From assembly GCA_013265495.1 (NCBI GenBank), contig MU057801.1, positions 124,001 to 188,000 of the forward strand: a stretch of 64,000 nt of DNA, in the 5' to 3' direction. The position numbers and the translations under genes were made by a program. Every line of letters starts with the position of its first letter. Position 1 is the stretch's first letter. Positions 24,981 to 38,055 of this stretch are shown here, one piece after another. The stretch is from Vicugna vicugna. Taxonomy: Eukaryota. Below the pieces are notes generated by a model that saw nothing but the letters and a program-made list of their open reading frames with translations, was not told the DNA's origin and ran no database searches.

Positions 24981-27104
24981 TAGAGCTTCTGGATCCCTGG
25001 CGGATGAAGGCAGGTGAGATTACCTGGATATCGCAGCTTATCTCAGGGCTGTGGGAGTCGGGAATCGGGGACTCTCCACTTTTAACAGAGCGTTGTTTTA
25101 CAATTTCCACATGTTTGGGTTCAAGGCTGAAGTTCTGGGGCATCCTGAGCTGACAGCCAACTCATTTGTTGGTATTTATTAAAACTGTAAAATTAAGGAA
25201 AGGACTATTGGGAGGAAGGGAGGGGATGAAAGAGTTAATAACCCAGAAATAACGAGAAAAATGTAAATACCTGTGTACCTTTTATTATGTCTGTTTCTGC
25301 TTATGCATCTTAGATCTTAAACTTGCAGCAGAAAAAAAAACTGCCAAGGAAATTCTCTCCATTTCTTAGATTCTTTTCCTTTGCTGCGCTCAGTACTTCC
25401 GTGCAGAAACGCTCAGCATCTCCCGCGCTGATCTGGCCAAGGCCGCCCGCTGCATCATGGCTGAGAAATACATGCGGCCCGGTCTTCCACAGCTCCTCCG
25501 GGGGTTTAAAGTCTGCTTCTTAACTCAGAGCACATCTGCCCCCAGTGTACCTTCCCTTGTTTAATGGATCGTCCACGTCAGTGACTTCAGACTCAGAATT
25601 TAATGTCACTTCATATCGTTCCTTTCCATCTTTTCCTCTTGAGATGTGAAAAGTGACCATCCTTCCTTGACTTGGACCCACTTTTGCTGTCCTGGGGATT
25701 CTGGAGAGTGTGCTCCCGAGGCCGCTTGGAAGCAAGTTCAAGTCGTCAGATGCAGAAGCCGCTTTGCCTTTGGCCTTCCTGCATAGCTTCCCTGTTGTGT
25801 GCAGCGTTAGCCAGTGGAACAAGTATTTCCCTCTTTTGCTGCTGTCTGGAAACCGGCCTGCGCCTCAGGCCTGCGGCTCAGGGCCAGGCGCCCACCCCGA
25901 GGCCCCCAGCACCCGAGAGCAGGCCAGCCCCAGGACCAGGTGCTCCTGTCAGAGAGGCTGGGCTGCCTCCTTCCCTGGGAGCTCCAGTCTGCGCGGCAGA
26001 AAAGCTCGCCACCGTCACTCACCCCAGGGTGTTAGGTGTGTCCTGCAGTATCTTAGGCCCCATCTAGAAAATGTTTGGTGTTATCAAAGTTTATGGCTTC
26101 TTCGGACACATTATGTATTTCTAAGAATTGTAAAGGCACATTTCCACTAATTCTAATCTGTGGGGCTTGTTTTTTCATGGTCTTTCTCAGAGAACACCTG
26201 ATGGCAACCAGGAGGGCGGAGCTCTTTGGCTTGGGTTGAGATGGGTGTTCTCAGACAGCTGAAAATCCATTCATCTGAAACCCCCGAGGGACACCCGAGA
26301 CACAGCTGCTCCCTCCTTCCGTGGGAGCAGGTGGGTGGGGTGCTGGGGGGAGGCACAGCTTTGTTCATAATTAGCGGTGATATTTTTGCAATAAGATATT
26401 TTCCTCCCGTGCCCACTGGAACCTTCTGCTAGGATGGGCTTGGTCCGTTTCCCCCCAGTCCCTTACGGCGTTTCCCTGACCTCAGGCCACTCTGCTTGTT
26501 TCGAATACGGTGCCGGGGAATTCTGTGAGAGCCGACCGACTCTCGGTAGCAACAATTAAGTGCCGCTTACAGAAATGTTTGTTGGGTGGGCGCTGTGTGC
26601 TGAAATACCTGGACAGGGGCGCCTCCAGGGCGACACAGCCTGAGGGGAGAAAGAATCGTAAACAGGTGCCACACAGCGGAACGAGGACAGAATCAAGGGC
26701 TGTGCCAGGTGTCCTGGGGACCTCAGGGAGGAAGCAAGTGGTTCCAGGGAGAGATGAGATGCAACCTTAACGAGCTAAGCCGGTGAACTACTGTCTCCAG
26801 ACCGGAAGCGCCCCAAGCAGCTGCCGTGCCTGCCTTGGCTGCTGATGTGTTACTCTGGGGGACATTTATTTTAAAAAAAAATGTAAGATTTCTTTTTTGA
26901 TGACCGAAGTAGAACATCTGCATTGTGGGACAAGCACAATGCAAAAAACAAAAAGAAGCATTCGAGTGCCCCCCCTACCCAGGGAAAGAGCCGCTTCTGA
27001 CTGCCCGTGGCTCTTTTATGTCTCCGTCTTGTGTGCGTCCTGCCCGCTTTCTGGGCTGCTGGGCAGTGAGCCATTCATGATTTTCACTGACTTACGAAGA
27101 GTGT

Positions 27105-27573
27105 TCTTTTTTCATTTTTTAAAAAAACTGAAGTATAGTTGCTTTACTATGTTTCAGGTGCACTGCAAAGTGATTCAGTTATACATGCATATATAAAACT
27201 ATTCCTTTCAGATTCTTTTCCACTATAGATTATTACAAGATGCTGACTATAAATCCCTGTGCTGTGCAGTGGGACCGTGTTGTTTATCTGTTTTTTTTTA
27301 TATAGTAGTTTGTATCTGCTAATTTCAAACTCCTAATTTATCCCTCCCCTCACTTTCTCCTTAGGTAACCATAAGTTTGTTTTCTATGTTTATGAGACTG
27401 TCTGTGTTTTGTAAATAAGTTCATTTCTGTCTTTTTTTTTTTGAGACTCCATATATAAGTGATATCGTATATTTGTCTTTCTGTCTCACTTCACTTAGTA
27501 TGATAATTTCTAGGTCCATCCATGTTGTTGCCAATGGCGTTATTTTATTCCTTTTTATGGCTGAGTAGTAGTC

Positions 27574-27606
<33 letters not shown>

Positions 27607-28056
27607 CATGACTTCTCTATCCATTCACCTGTCGATGGGCATTTGGGTTGCTTCCATGTCTTGGCTATTGTAAATAGTGCTGCTGTGAACATTGGGGTGC
27701 GTTTATCTTTCTGAATTAGAGTTTTCTCCAGATATACGCCCAGGAGTGGGGTTGCTGGATCATAGGGTAACTCAACTTTCAGTTTTTTAAGGAACCTCCG
27801 TACTGTCCTCCATAGTGGCTGCACCAATTTACATTCCCACCAACAGTGCAGGAGGGCTCCCTTTTCTCCACACCCTCTCCAGCATTTATTATTTGTAGAC
27901 TTTTTAATGATGGCCACTCTGACCGGTGTGAGGTGATAGCTCATAGTGGTTTTGATTTGCATTTCTCTAATGATTAGTGACGTTGAGCATCTTTTCATGT
28001 GCCTGTTGGCCACTTCTGTGTCTTCTTTGGAGAGACGTCTGTTTAGAGCTTCTGCC
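27105..28056 (-). mobile_element. 5'-truncated L1 with ORF2 C-terminus (cysteine-rich region) and 3'UTR
   Basis: ORF 27555..28094 encodes [22 protein letters not shown]...[25 protein letters not shown], the L1 ORF2p C-terminus; poly-T at the left end. Confidence 0.93.
27577..27604. repeat. (TG)n microsatellite inside L1
   Basis: Direct observation. Confidence 0.95.
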
Positions 28057-28240
28057 ACAAGGGCGTTTGTGGGCATCCTGGAGATGCACAGCATGTCCTA
28101 GAAGTTGATTCCATCTTTGCTGGGGACTGGCTCCACCGTCCGCAGCGCGCTTGGGCTGTCAGTTGTGACGGCGGCATCCTCTGGCTCTCGCTCTGTCTCA
28201 TCCCTTACGGACCTGGGCTCGCTGCTGGGTTGGTAGCTGA
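28037..28240 (+). repeat. ~204-bp local direct duplication, copy 1 (copy 2 at 29140-29343)
   Basis: Colinear alignment by eye, roughly 85-90% identity. Confidence 0.92.
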
Positions 28241-29139
28241 TCTGCCACAACACACCTGCTTGACGAGGATGCAGCTGTGGTGCAGTCCAGCTCCGAGACA
28301 ACAGTGGTGACCAAAAGCCCCGAGAGGCCGCCTCTCTGGGCAGCCCCCCCCGCCCCCCGCACTTGCCGCTGCCCGGGCCCCGAGGTCAGCGGGTGAGGCC
28401 CAGCCCGCCCGGCTCCTTCTGTTTTCGGCTCCAAGGGTGCCCAGGACAACAGGTTCTTTGTTCCTTTCTGAGTTTTACAGGAACGAGTGGCGGCCCCGGC
28501 CAGCACTGGCTCCGTATCTGCCCTTTTCATCTCGCTGGAGAGTCAACAGCAGGAAGTTTAGAAGCAAAGAAAAAAAAGGGGGTCACCAGGTCCTCCCCTC
28601 GTGAAAGCAGCGATGCCCCCCCGAAGGGGAGGTGCCCCCGTCTCTCCAGCTCGTCCTCCGTAGACAGGGTTCACAAAAATCCTCCTGTGACTCGCTTTTA
28701 GGACCCTCTGGGGGAGGTCGAGGCCTCCTCGTTCGGAAAGCAGCAGCCCTTAGGCATGCGGGAGTAAAGCCACGACCCAGATCACCTTGTCTTTGTCCTC
28801 TCAGAGTTTAAGGGGACCAACAGGCCTTGAGGAATTGAAATAACAGCTTGCATGGTGCAGGGAACCTGCACGAGGCAGAGCGGGGTCCCGCTCCAACACT
28901 GTCTAGTGTTTGGACCTCAGAGAAGGAGATCTGCTAGATGGCCTCCAGTTTCCCTTGCAGCGCAGGGAGCATGCAATGGTCCCTGCAGGAATATCCCATC
29001 ATCCCCCAGGCCTCTGCCCATCACTTTCCCCATCTCAGGTCAGAGCTTCCTCTGCTCACCTGGAGGTTCTTTTGGTATAAATCAAAAAGGGTGCCATGTG
29101 TCACCAGGATGAATCAGGGCCTCCCTTCTGCTCCCTTCT

Positions 29140-29343
29140 GTCTGTTTAGATCTTCTGTCACAAGGACGTTTGTGGTCATCCTGGAAATGCACAGCATGTC
29201 CTAGGAATTGATTCCGCCTTTGCTGGGGGACTGGCTCCACTGTCCGCAGTGCGCTTGGGCTCTCGGTTTTAATGGTGGCATCCTCTGGGGTTCGCTCTGT
29301 CTCATCCCTTACAGACCTGGTGCGCTGCTGGGTTGGTGGCTGA
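29140..29343 (+). repeat. ~204-bp local direct duplication, copy 2
   Basis: Colinear with 28037-28240. Confidence 0.92.
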
Positions 29344-29384
29344 AATACTATGGGGCAGGGGTTTTATTCAGCTTCATAAATTCT

Positions 29385-30157
29385 TTTTTTTTTATTTAAA
29401 GTTTAGTCAGTTTACAGGGTTGTGTTAGTTTCCAGTGTATGGCGTAGGGATTCAGTTATACATATATGTAATCCTTTTCCCATTTTTTTGTATGATGGGT
29501 TATATGATATTGAATATACTTCCCTGTGCTATACAGTAGGACCTTGTTGTTTATCTATTTTTTTAATTTTAATTTTAATTTTATTTTTACAGAGGTGTAG
29601 TTGATTTACAATGCTAGTTTCAGGTGTACAGCAAAGCGATTCAATTACATATATACATACATATATATGCATGTATTTTCAGATTCTTTTCCATTATAGC
29701 TTATTGCAAGCTATTGAATATGGTTCCCTGTGTTATACAGTAGGTTCTTGTTGCTTGTCTATTTTATATATAGTAGAGTGTATCTGTTAATCCCAAACTC
29801 CTAATTTATCCTTCCCCACTGTCTTTCCCTCCTAGTAACCATAAGTTTGCTTTCTATGTCTGTGAGTCTGTTTCTGTTTTGCAAATAAGTTCATTTGTAT
29901 CATTTTCTTAGATTCTGCCTATAAGTGATATCATATGATATTTGTCTTTCTCTGTCTGACTTACTTCACATTGTCTTTCTTGACTTACTTCACCTAGTGT
30001 GACAATCTCTAGGCCCATCCATGTTGCTGCAAAAGGCATTATTTTATTCTTTTTATGGCTGAGTAATAGTCCATTTTGTATATATACCTCAACTTCTTTA
30101 TCCAGTTGTCTGTCGATGGACATTTAGGTTGCTTCCACGTCTTGCCTATTGTAAATA
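29385..30157 (-). mobile_element. L1 insertion carrying two tandem 3' ends inside one TSD pair
   Basis: 17-bp TSD TCAGCTTCA(T/C)AAATTCT at 29368-29384 and 30158-30174; two T-rich tails (about 29385 and 29560), each followed by antisense L1 3'UTR. Confidence 0.88.
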
Positions 30158-30940
30158 TCAGCTTCACAAATTCTAAAGAAGTGTTTTCATGACTGAAAGT
30201 GTTAGGAAACCACTGGACATCAACTACTAGGTATTTCTGAAGTTAAAGGTTTTCTGGGAATGTTTCGTTTGCTCGTGTATGTGTATGTGTGTGTGTTTAG
30301 CAAAGTTTGAAATTGATCCTTTTGACAGAAACTTTTGTTAGGCGGGTCTCTGTGGCATAAGCGGTTGCCTCCTCTGTCTCTAAGAGGCCTTTCTACTAAT
30401 GTTCTTTCAGAACCTGTTGATCCCTCGACTCATCTCCCACCAAGCCTGGCATCTTGGCCGCTGCATGGAGTTTGGGTTGTGTGTTTGATTTCCTTTTGAT
30501 ACACAGGCGAGGATCTACTCCCCCAAGAGCAAGGCCAGGGTGGACACAGGGCTCTGACTTGTGTCTGGCCCTTAATTCTGAAGACCACCCTGCACTGGCC
30601 TCTTGTAGCAGGGAGGCTGAGCCCTCAGGCGGTGCCATGTCCCGGCTGCATCCTTCTTGCCTTTGCAGCTGTCGAAGCACCACCACCTGAGGCTGGGTTG
30701 CAGCGGAAGATTCTGCAGAATCAGGAAGGGAGGCCCCTAGAGGCAGGATGAGCCTGGAAATTTTGACACAGAAACATCAAGAGAGGTAGCTTTGCATCCT
30801 TACTTTTTTCCAGCTGAAGGTTGAGGATGGCCAGCCTCGGAGTCCAGGCTGGGACTTGAGCCTGACGACAGATGCAGAACTCCCCGGCTCTGGGCACCTG
30901 CAGGAGCTATCCTCAAGGAGGTTCCTATTAAAAGCTCACT

Positions 30941-31115
30941 GGGGGAAGGTACAGTCAGTGGTAGAGCACGTGCTTAGCACACAGGAGATCCTGGGTTCCA
31001 TCCCCTGTACCTCTGTTTAAACAAACAAATAAATAAATAAATAAAAAACAAACCCCCCCCAAGCAAACAAAAAACAAAATGGAAAAATTATTTTAAAATT
31101 AAAAAAAATAATAAA
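30941..31115 (+). mobile_element. tRNA-Ala-derived SINE (Vic-1-like) with A-rich tail
   Basis: GGGGGAAGGTACAGTCAGTGGTAGAGCACGTGCTTAGCAC...CTGGGTTCCATCCCCTGTACCTC then (AAAT)n. Confidence 0.85.
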
Positions 31116-32066
31116 AACTGACCAAACAAGCTCCAGAATTTTGTTTACTGAATAGTCTTTGACTCGTCTAGAATGAAAAGACATTGCCTTGTTTCTTTTC
31201 TGAATTTCTAAACATTAGCATAAGAGACATTCTGGAAACTGCTGAACAGAATCTGCCTGTAATTCCCCAGATGTTCCGGGACCTTATACGCAGTTCTTTT
31301 CAGGTTTTGTTTTTTCTAGTAACAGATTCCTTTTCTCAACAAGAGTCTGTCTTTGGAGATGGGGAGTGAGGCTGGGAGACGTGTTAGTCGTGGCCCAGGC
31401 CTCACAATGTGAAGAGTCAGATGAGGCTTTGAGCCGACTCTGCCTGCAAATGCTCTTCCCCCCAAAACACTGAAGGGCCTGAGGCTCAGAGGAGACTAGG
31501 ATCGGGGTTCATGTGCTTTACAAAAAATAGCGTCTTGATAGTGATGCATTCACAGGTGTGGGAAGCGGGTGGGTTTGATTCCAGGTACATGCGAATCTGT
31601 TCATAGCTGAACGGTAAATCCCCAGGTGCACTTTGGGTTTTTACAGACCTGCCTTAAGCAAAGGCAACTTTTTTGCTGAGAAACTTCCCCGCTCCCTCCT
31701 CCTGGGCTCAGCCGGCTGGTGCCTGTCCAGCTGCTCTGGGTGGATCCTGTCTCACTCCTGGTGCTGAAGTAAGGCATTCTGTATCTGGGGACCTTGCGTG
31801 GGGAGCTTAGCATCGCTGTCCTCTGTCTGGTGAGCACAGAATAGAATTACAGTCCCAGGCTGAACCTCAGCAGAGACGTTTACACCCAAAGCCTACCGCT
31901 TGCCGCTCGAGGGGAGGCTGGAGAGGGTGTCCTTGAAGGAAGTTCATGAGCAGTGAGGACAGAGCTGAGAGAAGTCTGGGTTTGTTGTCCTGGAAGGATC
32001 TGGGCTGCTTCCTTTTCTCACCCAAGGCCCTGAGACGGCCAGAGGCCGGGGACTCTCGCTGACTGT

Positions 32067-32985
32067 GGTAGGGGAGGGACATGTTTCCCTTCTACCCTCC
32101 TAACTTCTTCAGCTAGTAATTGAGTTGACATAAGACAGATTAACAGGAGAAAAACAATTCTGTATGCACGGGGGCCTCAAAGGCATGAAACCCAAACACA
32201 GGCAGTCAGTCGGAGCTCCTAGGCCACCTGGAGCAGAGACTAGGGGAGCCCGGGGCTTCAGAGGGAAGGGGGCAGCTCACAGGAGGGGAGAGGAGGAGGT
32301 GTTGGGTGCAGAGGCGTCTTTCTCACGTAAAATCACTTTTGCTCTTGGCTCTCTTCCTGGACCTGGCCTTGTCGACTGAAATAAACGCGCAGCCTAAAAG
32401 TTGAGAGCTACATTTTATCTGGTGGGAGGACTCGAGCCGGGATGACAGCCCCTCAGATGGCCCTGAGGGGCTGCTCTGAAGAGGCAGGGGAGGAGCTAGG
32501 ATATATAACAAAGACCAGGTAGTCGGAACATTAAAAGATTACTTGTTAACTAAAGAAAACCAGGCATCTCGAGTTAAAGAACGTAGCGCTTTTCTATGTA
32601 TGGGAGGAAGCGAACATTTGGGCCCATTGAACTCATGCGTTTGACAAGCACCTGGCTGTCTAGGGCCAGTGTCCTGTCCTGTCTTATTCTGAGTCCCCTC
32701 AGAGGGCACCACTGTGGGTGGCTGCAGAGGCCGGTTGCGGGCTGGTCTTCTCTGTGGGGTGGCGACAGCCGCTGATGGATTGATGGCTTGATGGCTTCAG
32801 CATTGTTTACTGATGCGGTTTGCAGTATTTTTCGTTTGCAGCCTCCATCTAAGTCCTTTCAGGCAGTTAAGGGGAATTGATAGCTCCTGTCCGTGAGTCT
32901 TTCGGGCCACATCTTCACCTTGAAACAGCCCACGTGCCAACGTGGCATACATACTTTGGGGTGGGGAATCCGCATTCGGTTCACC
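32067..32985 (-). mobile_element. MER34/MER39-like ERV1 LTR split by a younger LTR
   Basis: Left part (ttctaccctcc...ataagacagattaacaggagaaaa) and right part (gtgccaacgtggcatacatactttggggtgg) are the reverse-complement ends of the family seen at 10583-11099. Confidence 0.7.
32370..32840 (-). mobile_element. ERV1 solo LTR, MER41-like family (copy 3), nested
   Basis: TGTCGAC...TTTGCA termini; perfect 4-bp TSD GCCT (32366-32369, 32841-32844). Confidence 0.85.
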
Positions 32986-33699
32986 ACTCATTTCCTGGTA
33001 AACAGAGAGACAAGAACCCTTTGCCTCCTGAGGCTGGAACTGAGCTGCTGGCCAAGGACAGGCCTGAATCAGAGGGCTGCATGTGGACCCAGGAAGAAGC
33101 GATGGAGAGACCCAGGGCCCCAGGCCTCTCGCTGCCTGCTGGGCTTCCTCGCTCCCCTCGGCAGATCACCCCCGACCCGGCCCTGGGGTGCCCGGAGCAC
33201 ATGTTGTACCCACGCCTGCCCAGGGCCCAGCTGGGTTATGGCTGGGGGTGAAGTCAAGCTAATAAGAGACGAGTGTACCGCAGCCTAAGATGGGGTGAGT
33301 GCCCCAGCGGCACGGAGACGGGGGTGAAGGCATTCGGTGCAGCTGCAGGAGACCGGTGGGGGCAGGGTGGGAGCTTGGTTTTGGCAAGTGGGTTGGAGCC
33401 GGTTACGGACACTCAAGAACAGCGTGAACGTGGGCACGGAGGGCGCTGAGCGACGGCACGTGGGGGCCTTTCTCAGGATAAGCTTCCCCCACCCCGACTC
33501 TCAGAGAAGGGTTTAGGACGATGAATCCGGGAAAAATGTCCTGTTCTTATCCGAATTGTCTTAGCCACAATTTTTCACTTATTCGTGTACCGCTTTTACT
33601 ATTCATTTACCTAATATTTTCCTTTAAACTGACTCACGTGATACATGTGTTTTAAAATAAATTTAATAAGCCAGTCATGAAAAGATGAGTGCTGCGTGT

Positions 33700-33960
33700 T
33701 TCTGCAGAAAAGGAAAGGCTTTCAAAGGTAGCGAGGAAATGGAGAAAAGGAAATTTTTAGGACTCGTCTTGGCAAGGTCGCCCTCCTAAGGGGGCGGAAG
33801 GGGCTGACCAGGCTGAATACCTCACTAGTGCCCAGGAAATTCAGGTTGCTCACATTCCTTCGGAAGGTTGAAACTGCACTTAATTAGGTTAGGTGTGCTA
33901 AGTTTTGGTGGGCTCAGCACAAGTGACTCCACTTCGGGGCTGCCCCCTGCCTTTTTTTTC
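33700..33960 (-). mobile_element. Probable ERV LTR fragment within an AT-rich DNA-transposon-like relic (about 33530-34240)
   Basis: ttaggttaggt...cagcacaagtgactcca motif; family uncertain. Confidence 0.4.
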
Positions 33961-36014
33961 CAGTAGTGATGGTTTTATAACAATATGAACGTATTTAACG
34001 CTACTTAAAAGTGGTTAGGATTGTAAGTTTTATGTTTTGCAAATCTTGCCACCGTAAGAAATGGGGAGGAAAGTAAATTTAACCTCCACCATAATTGGGA
34101 ATGGCACCAAATACTATAAACATGTAAGTGTTTTTTTTAGCATGTAAGTATTAAATTAAGTACTGGACATTAAAATAAAAACCATGCCTCCATGTACCAC
34201 CTTAGAATATCCAGCACTCTTTGGGAATGGTTGTCAACTTTTAATAAACCATTGACAGGTTATAAAATATCAGGATTAATCTATTCTCTCCGGCCAGATA
34301 GGGGATCCTTTTGAGTTCTTCACTTTGTAGCAGGAATGCAGCTCTTTATGGTAAGGGGACAGGCAGTGAGATGAATCTTAAGCCGTAATTAAGCCCTAGG
34401 CAAAAGCAGGTTGGAGCCAGGGGCTCTGCTTTTGTTATTTTGTTTGTTTGTTTTTATTTTGTTTTATTGCCGAGGTTGGCATCTTATTGATAGTAATTAG
34501 CCCCATCAATTTCTCTTGATTCATTCTCTGGCTGTTTATTAGGTCTTTACAGTGTAAACAAGGAAACACTATTAGTTTTCTTAAAGGTCTGGAAGGCCCA
34601 CTGGTGACTTTCAGGGAACCAGCCCTCAGGCTGCGGGAAGAGCTCTGAGCCTTCCCTGAGGGCTGAGTTATCCAGGAGCACTTTGCTGGGAGTCCAGGTG
34701 GGAGATAAGACCAAGGTGGAGCCTGTCTCTCGCCTCTTTAGTTTCCAAATCCGGGGCAGCCCCCTGGGTTACCCAGCCCACGTCCAACACCAGGACAGGC
34801 CTGGGAGGAGCCGTCCCCGCAGGCACCGTGCGCATGCCGAGACCCGTTCCCCAGGTGGACGCGTGCCACCCTTGGGGAGGGTAACAGTGTGGCCTTTGGC
34901 CTTGGAGCTGGTCCCCTTCAACTTCATTTCTGCTGTTCGAGTAGCTGAACTCGGATTTTTGTAAATAGAAGGTCATTGACTACGTTTACTCCACCGGGTG
35001 TTTTTGCCACACAACATCGCATCAGAGTTTACGTATGTTGTGCGCTGCTTTGTTCACTAGCTGTTACTTGTTTGAAAAACAAGACTGAACTGTAGAGTAA
35101 GTCTACGCCCCGATTGTCGTTTGGGAGGGAGCCTGGCAGAGGGAGCGGTGGGTCGATGGACCGGGAAGGGCGAGGGAGTCTTTCTGAAAACACTTCCGTC
35201 TGGATCTCGACCTTAGAAGCTGCCTTGATAGATTGTGCTGCCCTCTGGGGTCCTGGAGGGACGAGAAAGCATCCTTTGGACACTCTGCTGCCAGGTAGTG
35301 GTTTCCCTGAGATGACTGATTCTGCGACGTTTCGTAGGACAAGCCCCGTGTCCTCCGTGAGAACGCGCCAGCTGCCCTCACTCATTCTTGCACCTGCCTA
35401 GACTACCAACGCCTGGTCCCAGGAGCAAGGGGACCACAGCCAAGTGGAAGGGCCACTCTCTCCCGACACTGCGGAGCCTTCATGGGTGTGACCAGATGCT
35501 GGTGAGCCCTGGCCCCCGGAGTGGGTGGGGTATCCCCCCACCTGCTGCAGAGCCCGGAGGCCCGGGCCAGCTGGGAGCGGGGCAGGTGAAGTCCGAGTTT
35601 TCCAGTGTCTGTTCTCTGCCCCTGGAGGCACCTGATGCTTGCGGGGCGTTCTCTGCTGTGCCCAGAATTTCCGCCTGTGCGTGTGGGTCCTCACTGAGTC
35701 CGTAACTGAGCCCCAGATCCCCATGAAAGCAGACCTAGGCACTTGGAAATAGTAACAGTTGAAAAAATGAGTTCTAGGCCCATAAAAACCCAGTGATGAG
35801 TAAAACATTTAAACATGTAAAAAAGAATGCTGTACATCAGAAACTGACACACTGTTGTAAACTGACTGTGCGTCAGTAAAAATCAGACTCAGTGAACATT
35901 TTAAAAAATACATAAAAATAATCAAAAATAAATTTTTAAAAGGATTTAAAAAAAAAAGGAAGAAGGAAAAAAAAACGGTGAGATGGCAGATATTTTCACA
36001 TCCTGTATTCCCCA

Positions 36015-36770
36015 GCCTATTATTTTGAGAAATTTCAAACATTACAGAAAAGTTGCACAAAAAAAAATACCATTCATCCAAATTCACCAACTGTTGAAAA
36101 TTTCCTTATCTCTGTTCCCCGCCCCCTTGGGGGGGTGAGGGGCTGACCATTTGATACTTAATTTCCAACATTTTCACACATTGCCCTGTGTTTTTCAGTG
36201 CGCATCTCGTAAGAACAATCGCATTTTCCTGCAGAACCATGATAATATCATCACAGTCAGGGGATTAGGCACCAGTGCAGTTTATCTAATGCACACCTTG
36301 TTCAGATATTACCAGTGGTTCTTTGCAGCTGCTTTGTATTCTGATGCCGCATGTGACCAGTTCCACGTCCTCCGTATACCTGTCACGTCCGTTAGTCTCC
36401 TTCTGTCTGTAATAACCCACGGTCTCTTTCCATCTTGTACGACACTGACCTTTTTGAAGCATTCAGGCCAGTGGTTCTGCAGCAGTCCCTGAAGTCGGAT
36501 TTGTCTTTTTCCTCCCGTGTGGACTCAGGTTAAACACACGTGGGGGCAGGAAGACTAGGTGACGTGATTGACTTTCTCAGAGCATCACATCAGAGGCGCC
36601 ATGTCAGGGGATCTCATTTTTGGAGATGGTGACCCGATCGCTTGGTGAAGGTGACGTCTGCCAGGTTCCTCCTCCCTCTCCGCTTCCTGATGAGGAATCT
36701 GCGGGGTGATATTTTCAGATTGCGAACGTTGTTTCCCAGCAGTCTTTTCGCCTGCTGGTGTCAGCATCCA
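36015..36770 (-). mobile_element. Old L1 3' end (L1MC-like)
   Basis: ttattttgagaaatttcaaacattacagaaaagttgc...gcatcacatcagaggc...tggtgaaggtgacgtctgccagg. Confidence 0.7.
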
Positions 36771-37064
36771 TCCATGAGCCTTGCTCGCATCAGCTCTTCA
36801 TGACGGTGGAGGTGTGGTTTCCCACTTTCAGGTTAGAAGGACGAAGCTCAGAAAGCGAGCTGGCCAGGCCTCCGGTGCCAGCCCTCCCAGCGGGACCACG
36901 CGATCGGAGTCCCCGGCGTGTCGTCTCAGGGCTTTGTCTGTCGTGAGCCGCTCCTCCTCTGCCCTCCCTCATGGCTGCGTGCTGACGTCTGTCTTACAGA
37001 TGATGTGTGTGTTCGTTTCGTCAGCTTCTTTCTTGGGTTGAATTCCCCTGAGACAGGGATTCTT

Positions 37065-37418
37065 TTTTTTTTTTTTTTTAATCAGAGTGTAGTTGATTTA
37101 CGGTGTTAGTTTCATCATTCATTATACATATACATACTTTTTCTTTTCAGATTCTTTTCCATTGTATCTTATTACAGGAAATTGAATCTAGTTTCCTGTG
37201 CTGTATGGAGGGACCTTGTTGTTTATCTATATATATTATATGTTTTATATATAATAATGTGTACCTGTTAATCCCAAACTCTGAATTTATCCCTCCCCTG
37301 CCCTTTCCTCTTTGGTAACCATAGTTTGTTTTCTGTGTTTGTGAGTCTATTTTTGGTTTGTAAATAAAATTTGTATCATTTTCTGAGGTTCCATGTAGAA
37401 GTGACATCATGTGGTATT
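37065..37418 (-). mobile_element. 5'-truncated L1 3' end with TSD, inserted into an LTR16-like relic (about 37030-37800)
   Basis: 16-bp TSD TGAGACAGGG(A/G)TTCTT at 37049-37064 and 37419-37434. Confidence 0.88.
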
Positions 37419-38055
37419 TGAGACAGGGGTTCTTGATTGGGGGTTTAATTGAGAGAGGGCCAGAAGCAGCCCGCGAAGGAGTGAGGGGTATAGGATGGGA
37501 AGGGGAGGAAGCCAGGCAAAGACGTGGGGTCAGCTGAGTGTCACCTCCCCCCGACCCCGCAGGGAGCTGTGAAGTGTGACTGGCATCCCGCAGTTGTCCC
37601 ACCGCCAGGCAAGAAGGCCTCTCCTACGGCCAGTGTGTGCATGTCTTCAGCGGCGCATCTGCCCCCAGAGGAGGGCACCACTTCCCGGTTGTCCAGAGAA
37701 GGGGGCAGCTGTGAGCTTCTGGCAGCAACCCGGGTAGCAGGGGCAGGGGTGCCTGCTTGGGAAAGGGGACCTCGCAGGCAGGACACCACCAGCATCACTG
37801 TGGTTTTAGTATCTCCCTCATTGGTTCTTTCCTGAGGCTTGTCCCCAGTAACAGCCAATTTGTCCTGTAATAACATGCTGTAAACCTCAGGTGCCTGGCT
37901 GCTTGAAGGCGTGGGCTTAGTCATTTGCAAAGACAAAGTTGAATTTATGGTTACTTCATCATGAGGCCCCATGAATCTTATTCATCGCCTTTCTGTCCGG
38001 GTCCTGGCTCTTCAAGGTGAGGTCAGTTGTCGGAACAATCGCTTTTTAGCTTCTT

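Noticed and set aside
27555..28094. 179-aa ORF as a host gene
   Set aside because: It is the L1 ORF2p C-terminus in a 5'-truncated element, running into a (CA)n repeat.
11460..32840. STAT1 GAS enhancer in the three MER41-like LTRs
   Set aside because: I found no TTC-N3-GAA motif in any of the three copies.
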